Source of the DNA: a virus
Taxonomy: Duplodnaviria; Heunggongvirae; Uroviricota; Caudoviricetes
Strand: one strand, 5' to 3'
DNA: 39,966 nt
Virus record (IMG/VR): IMGVR_UViG_2534682349_000001
Shown: positions 34,513 through 39,966 of the stretch, piece after piece
How positions within the stretch are numbered: position 1 is the stretch's first letter
How the letters are laid out: each line of letters begins with the position of its first letter
The notes under the pieces: model-generated
What the model was told of the DNA's origin: nothing
Databases searched by the model: none
What the model saw: only the letters and a program-made list of their open reading frames with translations
Position numbers and translations under genes: made by a program

Positions 34513-37500
34513 ATGAGCTATAACTACTGGCTTCCTCTTCATATGCACGATTTTTATAGCAACAATTCATATTTTGAAATTGTGACGGGTGTCAAGGATT
34601 ATATCGAATATGCAAGGAGATACAATCTGCCGGCTGTATGTATTACTAATCATGGAAATATCAGCGGTTGGGTACAAAGAAAGCGTGATGTTGAAGCAGC
34701 CGGGCTGAAGTACATTCATGGTATGGAAGGATATACCACGATGGATTTAGAAGATAAAAATCGTGGATATCATACTATTATGATTGCAAAAAATTATGAT
34801 GGCGTTAAAGAGATTAATCGTTTATCCTCAAAGTCATTTAATCGTGACGATGGACATTTCTATTATCACGGAAGAATCACTTTTGATGAACTTCAACAAG
34901 TTGTTTCAAATGGAAATATTATTATAACCACCGCTTGTCTTGCTGGACCAATTGCTCAAAACTTAGCCTCTTCTGATATGAGTGATGAAGAGAGAACGAG
35001 TCGCAATAATGTATTACGACAATGGATAGAATTAGCCCGAAATAATCGCGATAACGTTTATCTTGAAGTTCAACCTCATGACAATGTGGAGCAAGCAGAA
35101 TTAAATAGTGTTTTACAAGATTATGCTGAACAGTATAACCTACAACTTATCGCTTCTAACGATATTCATGCTTTAGATCAAGATCATGATCGTTTACGTA
35201 AGATTATTAAAAAGGGCAAGCGAAATGGTTATGACAATGATGATCAATTCGAATTGTGGTGTAAGACTCGCTCTGAGATGGTTGATGAATTCAATAAACA
35301 GGGAGTATTAACACAAGAGAGCATCCAAAAGGCATTGGACGCCACTGTTGATATTGTTAATTCTGTTGAAAATTTCGAATTAGATAGAAATCCTAAGTAT
35401 CCACAATTGTATGATAATCCAGAACAAGAATTTCAAAGAAGAATTAAACATGGGCTGCTAAAACGAGGTATTGATAAACTTCCCGCAGATAAACGCCAAG
35501 CGTATATTGATCGTGTTAATTATGAGTATAGTGTCTATAAGCATAATGGTGCGATTGATTACATGTTATCACACCAAGATATTATCAATGCGGCTAAAGA
35601 GCATGGTATTCATTTTGGTCCTGGACGTGGTAGTGTTGGTGGATCTTTGATTGCCTATCTATGTGGTCAAACAGAGATGGATTCACTAAAGTTAGGGTTG
35701 AATTTTGAACGATTTATGAACCCAGAACGTGTTAGTCTTCCCGATATTGATGTGGACGCATTTAGCAAGGACCAAAAGTGGGTGCAACAATGGATTTTAA
35801 CTAATCCTAAATGGCACGCTGCGTCAATTATGACCGCCAACACCTATGGACTAAAAGCTGCCATTAAAGCAGTCGCAGATGGTATGGATCGTTATGCTGG
35901 TAAACCAGCATATATTCAATCAATTCGCAACCAAATTGGTGCTGATGGTGTTGTCCCAACCGAAGTGTACGAAGAACATCAACAATTGATTGATGACGCT
36001 AAAAAGGTAGTTGGTGTAATCGATTCATTTGGGCGCCATGCCGCAGGTATAATTATTGATACAAATACCATTGACGATATGCTTGGAGTACAGACTATTT
36101 CTGGCTGGGATTATCCAGTAACCCAGATAGACATGGGAGAAATCGAATATTTAAAGAATATTAAGTATGACGTGTTAGGACTAGATAATATAGGGCTAAT
36201 CTCACGTGCCGCTGAATTAGCAGGGATTCCATTCCCCACACCAGATAGTGATTTTATTGATTTTGAAGACGAAGCCGTATGGAATTCAATGAGAGAAAAC
36301 AACATTGGTGTATTCCAAATGGAAGGAGATCGTGCAGGTAAATTACTGCGTGATATGTTATCTCCAGAAACTATTCGAAATATTCACTCTAACGAAACGG
36401 GTAAAGATGTTAAATACATGGACTTACTGAGCCTCGTTAATGCAGGACAACGCCCAGCAGGTTCAAGTTATGTTGATGCGGTTACTCATGGACGATTTAA
36501 AGATAATGGTCATTCAGCACTAAATAAGTTCTTAGCTCCAACATTAGGACAGCTAGTTTATCAAGAGCAATTAATTCAATTCTTGGTTGAATTTTGCGGT
36601 CGAAGTGCAGGCGAGGCAGACGTTCTAAGACGTGCGGTGGGTCATAAGATCAAGTCGGTCATTGACGAAGAAGTTCCAAAGATACATAAAGACTTTATCA
36701 ATACTATGGTTGCAAAATACAATGATTCACAAGAACATGCCGAAAAAATAGCCGATGATTTCATTCAGGTTTTTATGGACGCAGCTAACTATGGTTTCTC
36801 AATTAATCACTCCATGGCCTACTCATATATTGGATATATTTCGACATGGTTACGCTATTATTATCCGCTTGAATGGTGTACGGCTGCCTTCCAAATATGG
36901 GAGGGTAAGCAAGAAAAACTGAATAGAGTGGTTAAATTTGCAAAATCAAAAGGAATTTCCCTAAAACCATTTAAGTTTGGTAAGTCAAAAAGTAATTATT
37001 ATATGGATAAGCAAAATAAATCTATATATGAGGGAACTGCTTCTATCAAAGGCGTATCAACGAAAGCGGGCGATGAACTTTATCTTATAAGTGATAAACC
37101 AAATAAAAAATTTACAGACTTATTGATGGATATTTATGATAATTCACAAGTGGTTATAAAAAATATCCTATATTCTCCTAAGGCTCTTTACAATAAGTTT
37201 AATGAATCAGAATTAAAGGAAATTGATTTAATTGTGAAAAATGAATCTGATAAAGTTAAAGTCCAAGAGCCCCAAGGGTTTGCAATTATTAGTAAAGACA
37301 TGATAAATTTAATATTGCTGAACTTCTTCTCTGATTTTGGTTCGCCGAAGAAGTTAAAATCTGTTTATGAAAAGTTTCATAAAACTTACAAGCCTAAAAA
37401 TAAAAGATTCGTTGGTAAAAGCCAAAAATATCACGAATGTTTAGAATATGAAAAGTCGTTAGACGATGATGACTTCCCATTAATTACTACGCTACAAAAC

Positions 37501-37815
37501 GAATATGACTTACTAGGTAGATGCCTAACTACTAATAGTAATATTCCATCTAATTATGCTTTTGTTACCAGTTTAGTAGTAAGAAGCAATAAGGTTATTG
37601 TGGGATTGTATTCAATTAAACACGGGAAAGAAATCAAAGCGTTTATTTCTAAGAGACTTTATAACTCAAGTAGTATCGCAAAAGGAGATCTCATCAAAGT
37701 TGGTGATACTTCAGCCCGACCGAAGACCATTATGCAAGACGGTAAATGGGTGAAGAGTAGGACTGACAAGGACTTATGGATCGACAGTTTTGAACATGTT
37801 AACAAGGCTAATTAA
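34513..37815 (+). CDS. dnaE: DNA polymerase III alpha subunit (family C, PHP + polymerase)
   Basis: PHP motifs (LHMHDFYS, ITNHGN, GMEGY, SNDIHA), GPGRGSVGGS, PDIDVD, KYDVLGL, YGFSINHSMAY and a C-terminal OB-like region. Confidence 0.95.
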   Translation: MSYNYWLPLHMHDFYSNNSYFEIVTGVKDYIEYARRYNLPAVCITNHGNISGWVQRKRDVEAAGLKYIHGMEGYTTMDLEDKNRGYHTIMIAKNYDGVKEINRLSSKSFNRDDGHFYYHGRITFDELQQVVSNGNIIITTACLAGPIAQNLASSDMSDEERTSRNNVLRQWIELARNNRDNVYLEVQPHDNVEQAELNSVLQDYAEQYNLQLIASNDIHALDQDHDRLRKIIKKGKRNGYDNDDQFELWCKTRSEMVDEFNKQGVLTQESIQKALDATVDIVNSVENFELDRNPKYPQLYDNPEQEFQRRIKHGLLKRGIDKLPADKRQAYIDRVNYEYSVYKHNGAIDYMLSHQDIINAAKEHGIHFGPGRGSVGGSLIAYLCGQTEMDSLKLGLNFERFMNPERVSLPDIDVDAFSKDQKWVQQWILTNPKWHAASIMTANTYGLKAAIKAVADGMDRYAGKPAYIQSIRNQIGADGVVPTEVYEEHQQLIDDAKKVVGVIDSFGRHAAGIIIDTNTIDDMLGVQTISGWDYPVTQIDMGEIEYLKNIKYDVLGLDNIGLISRAAELAGIPFPTPDSDFIDFEDEAVWNSMRENNIGVFQMEGDRAGKLLRDMLSPETIRNIHSNETGKDVKYMDLLSLVNAGQRPAGSSYVDAVTHGRFKDNGHSALNKFLAPTLGQLVYQEQLIQFLVEFCGRSAGEADVLRRAVGHKIKSVIDEEVPKIHKDFINTMVAKYNDSQEHAEKIADDFIQVFMDAANYGFSINHSMAYSYIGYISTWLRYYYPLEWCTAAFQIWEGKQEKLNRVVKFAKSKGISLKPFKFGKSKSNYYMDKQNKSIYEGTASIKGVSTKAGDELYLISDKPNKKFTDLLMDIYDNSQVVIKNILYSPKALYNKFNESELKEIDLIVKNESDKVKVQEPQGFAIISKDMINLILLNFFSDFGSPKKLKSVYEKFHKTYKPKNKRFVGKSQKYHECLEYEKSLDDDDFPLITTLQNEYDLLGRCLTTNSNIPSNYAFVTSLVVRSNKVIVGLYSIKHGKEIKAFISKRLYNSSSIAKGDLIKVGDTSARPKTIMQDGKWVKSRTDKDLWIDSFEHVNKAN

Positions 37816-37898
37816 TACCGTGGGAGGCTAATTAGTTCTTATTGGTGTGCGGATGGAAGCTGCTAAACACATGAATCCCAAATAATAAAAACAGGAGC

Positions 37899-37944
37899 GC
37901 CTCTCTTCCATAGTATAAAAATGCTATGTCTTCCCAAGAGAGGC
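37899..37944 (+). promoter_or_regulatory. Stem-loop that sequesters the RBS of the 37953 gene
   Basis: GCCTCTCTT (37899-907) pairs with AAGAGAGGC (37936-44); inner hairpin CATAGTA-TAAAAA-TGCTATG. Confidence 0.55.
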
Positions 37945-37952
37945 AATTTATA

Positions 37953-38381
37953 ATGAAGACTTTCCAGGTTACTATTACTAACGAATGGTTTAATGCAAAC
38001 GAAGAATTAATTGCAGTTGTACAACAGTTATATGATTTGCGTACAGCTTTACTTAAAACAAAATCATTGGAGGGCTACAAAGCTTACTGTAATTGCTACG
38101 CCAAGATAAACGCTCTATTGCGCAAGATAACTAAGACTGAAACAGCTAATGTGATGCTATGTAAGGTCGAACGTGGTATCTGTTGGATCTTAGAACTTAA
38201 TTATCTTGAAGATGGAGATTCTCCAATTGAAATCTATGATTGGCCGTCTATAGAAGAATTAAACGAAGAAGGCCTAGATACTCTCAAGGGAGAAAATATT
38301 ACAGTAGTTCGCCTAGACGAAGAACTAGAAGATAATGACGAAGAGGGCTTTATCGAAGAATTAGCGGACGAATTTGAATAA
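37953..38381 (+). CDS. Acidic hypothetical protein (142 aa)
   Basis: RBS AAGAGAGG before ATG 37953; strongly acidic C-terminal half ending DEELEDNDEEGFIEELADEFE. Confidence 0.7.
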   Translation: MKTFQVTITNEWFNANEELIAVVQQLYDLRTALLKTKSLEGYKAYCNCYAKINALLRKITKTETANVMLCKVERGICWILELNYLEDGDSPIEIYDWPSIEELNEEGLDTLKGENITVVRLDEELEDNDEEGFIEELADEFE

Positions 38382-38402
38382 TAAGGTGGACTTATAATAA
38401 AT

Positions 38403-39767
38403 ATGATAGAAACAATCATTAATGACTTAAAAGCAATTGTTGATGAAATTAGTGCGGAGAGCTCTAATAACAACAAAATTACTATCTTAAAGAAGAATGC
38501 GGATAATGAAGAGTTCAAAAAGCTATTAAAGTTTGTCTATGACGACTTTGTTCGTACAGGATTATCGGTAAAAACGTTGAATGAAACCCCAAGATCAAGT
38601 GTTATAGCCACGGATTATACTGGCGACTATACTCTCGATGGTTTGATGAATTATATAACGGAACATAATACCGGGACCCTATCCACTGTATACTTGATTC
38701 AAGACTTTGCTTCATTATTTGATGATGACACTAAGCAGTTTATCTATCAAATTTTTGGTAAAGAATTAAAGATCGGTATCACGGCTAAAACTATTAATAA
38801 AGCGCTAGGCAAGGGATTTATCCGTGAATTTAATGTTCAGTTAGCACATCCGTATCATAAGTATACAGAAAAGGTTCCAGGCAACGAATTTACCTTAACT
38901 CAAAAATTAGACGGTCATAGATCTGTGTTCATTGTTAAGAATGGCAAGGGGCAATTCTATACTCGTAAAGGATTACCTATTAATGGATTAGAGATACAAA
39001 CAGAACAAGCGTTAAAACTTGCTGATTTGCTTGGAAATCATGGTGCTGAAGACTATGTATTAGACGGAGAACTATTGTTATCTAATGATGAGAATATGGA
39101 AACAAAAGATTTATTCCGTGCCACCTCACGTATATTACGTAGTGAGACTGCCGATAAGAGTAATATTCAATATAATGTCTTTGATGCGTTGCCCACTAAG
39201 GAATTTGAGGAAGGCAAATCTGAAAATCCATTTGACGATCGTAAAAGCTTCTTAACGATGGCTTTTAGCGCCTTTGATTACAATGAGACACAACCAATTG
39301 ATCATATTCATCTTGTTAAAGATTTATATGTGGGTTCTGATATTTCAGTGATTAAAGATTTACAACAAAACCTAGTAGAGCCAAATGGTTGGGAAGGGCT
39401 TATGCTGAATCTTAATAATGAATATTATGTAACCAAGCGAACAAGTGGATTGCTTAAAATTAAGGAGTTCTTTGATGCTGACGTCTTGGTGAAGGATATA
39501 TTCGAGGGGACCGGCAAGTTCAAAGGAACCCTTGGCGGAATTATTGTTGATTACAAAGGATATGATATTCGTGTAGGCTCTGGATTTACAGACGCTGATA
39601 GAGGATATTATTGGAATAATCCAGATGAGATTATTGGCAAGATAGTTGATATTAGCTATTTTGAAGAAACACACAATCAAAACAACAATGATATTAACCT
39701 AAGATTCGCAACATTTCTCTCAGTAAGATCTGATAAGACACCTGCCGATATTTCATATGAGGTTTAG
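38403..39767 (+). CDS. lig: ATP-dependent DNA ligase
   Basis: Nucleotidyltransferase motifs KLDGHR (I), VLDGEL (III), YNVFD (IIIa), EGLML (IV) and LLKIK (V), plus an OB domain (VRVGSGF-type IRVGSGF; NLRFATF). Confidence 0.95.
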   Translation: MIETIINDLKAIVDEISAESSNNNKITILKKNADNEEFKKLLKFVYDDFVRTGLSVKTLNETPRSSVIATDYTGDYTLDGLMNYITEHNTGTLSTVYLIQDFASLFDDDTKQFIYQIFGKELKIGITAKTINKALGKGFIREFNVQLAHPYHKYTEKVPGNEFTLTQKLDGHRSVFIVKNGKGQFYTRKGLPINGLEIQTEQALKLADLLGNHGAEDYVLDGELLLSNDENMETKDLFRATSRILRSETADKSNIQYNVFDALPTKEFEEGKSENPFDDRKSFLTMAFSAFDYNETQPIDHIHLVKDLYVGSDISVIKDLQQNLVEPNGWEGLMLNLNNEYYVTKRTSGLLKIKEFFDADVLVKDIFEGTGKFKGTLGGIIVDYKGYDIRVGSGFTDADRGYYWNNPDEIIGKIVDISYFEETHNQNNNDINLRFATFLSVRSDKTPADISYEV

Positions 39768-39796
39768 AAGAAACAAAAAACTTTTTCAAAAAAAAC

Positions 39797-39847
39797 GTTA
39801 CTGATAGATGCAAATCTGTGACTTGCCTATCTTGAATTTTATATAAT
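39797..39847 (+). promoter_or_regulatory. Promoter with conserved 26-bp dyad element, copy 3
   Basis: GTTACTGATAGATGCAAATCTGTGAC (39797-822). -35-like GTGACT, 18-bp spacer, TATAAT (39842-47). The downstream gene starts at the window edge. Confidence 0.75.
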
Positions 39848-39966
39848 GACTGAGCATTGAGATATGAATTCTTAATGCTCTTTATTTTATGTTTAGTCAC
39901 AACAAAAATACTAAAATAAATTAATTGTGACCTGAAAATTAATACATAGAACGAAAGGAATGTCTT

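Larger units (their letters stand above)
1..39966 (+). mobile_element. Part of a large temperate siphophage/prophage (SPbeta-like gene order), tail-lysis-replication region
   Basis: Co-oriented tape measure, baseplate, fibre, holin, endolysin, primase, Pol III alpha and ATP-dependent ligase genes. No host housekeeping genes or att site are visible in the window. Confidence 0.93.

Noticed and set aside
34513-37815. Intein or group I intron in the polymerase (common in SPbeta-like replication genes)
   Set aside because: The ORF is continuous and of normal size; no C/S...HN-C/S/T intein ends or LAGLIDADG blocks were seen.
39870-39900. dif-like site (TTATGTTTAGT resembles a XerD arm)
   Set aside because: There is no matching XerC arm at the right spacing, and the match is likely chance in AT-rich DNA.
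1-39966. tRNA, rRNA or known riboswitch
   Set aside because: Intergenic gaps are short and none shows a cloverleaf or a recognisable conserved RNA motif by eye; an Infernal/Rfam scan would be needed to exclude them fully.

Overview
A 40-kb slice of a large temperate siphophage or prophage of a low-GC Firmicute. The gene order resembles Bacillus SPbeta-like phages. The holin, tail-fibre and lysin families suggest a Lactobacillaceae host, which is inference only. All credible genes are on the + strand. Order: (i) end of a tail-fibre gene, three small genes, an XhlA-like gene and a holin (1-2665); (ii) a tail module with its own promoter, containing a chaperone-like gene, a tail-completion-like gene, an intact tyrosine recombinase, a 2993-aa tape measure protein, a repeat-flanked membrane gene, baseplate genes and a second fibre set (2760-22893); (iii) a zinc-ribbon/Vsr-like free-standing endonuclease, a signal-peptide GH25-LysM endolysin and a collagen-stalk/SGNH-esterase/GH32 protein (22974-30947); (iv) a replication module with primase, PD-(D/E)XK nuclease, Pol III alpha and ATP-dependent ligase (31704-39767). 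Main observations: a flagellinolysin-like HExxH protease fused to the putative tail hub; a ~1707-aa collagen-esterase-levanase fusion hidden by a one-base frameshift; a 26-bp dyad element over the -35 of three promoters; a membrane gene bracketed by 33-bp palindromic direct repeats; three one-base -1 frameshifts at G4/C4 runs (sequencing error or decay); and a holin about 21.7 kb from its endolysin. No database search was run, so family calls rest on motifs, gene order and recall.
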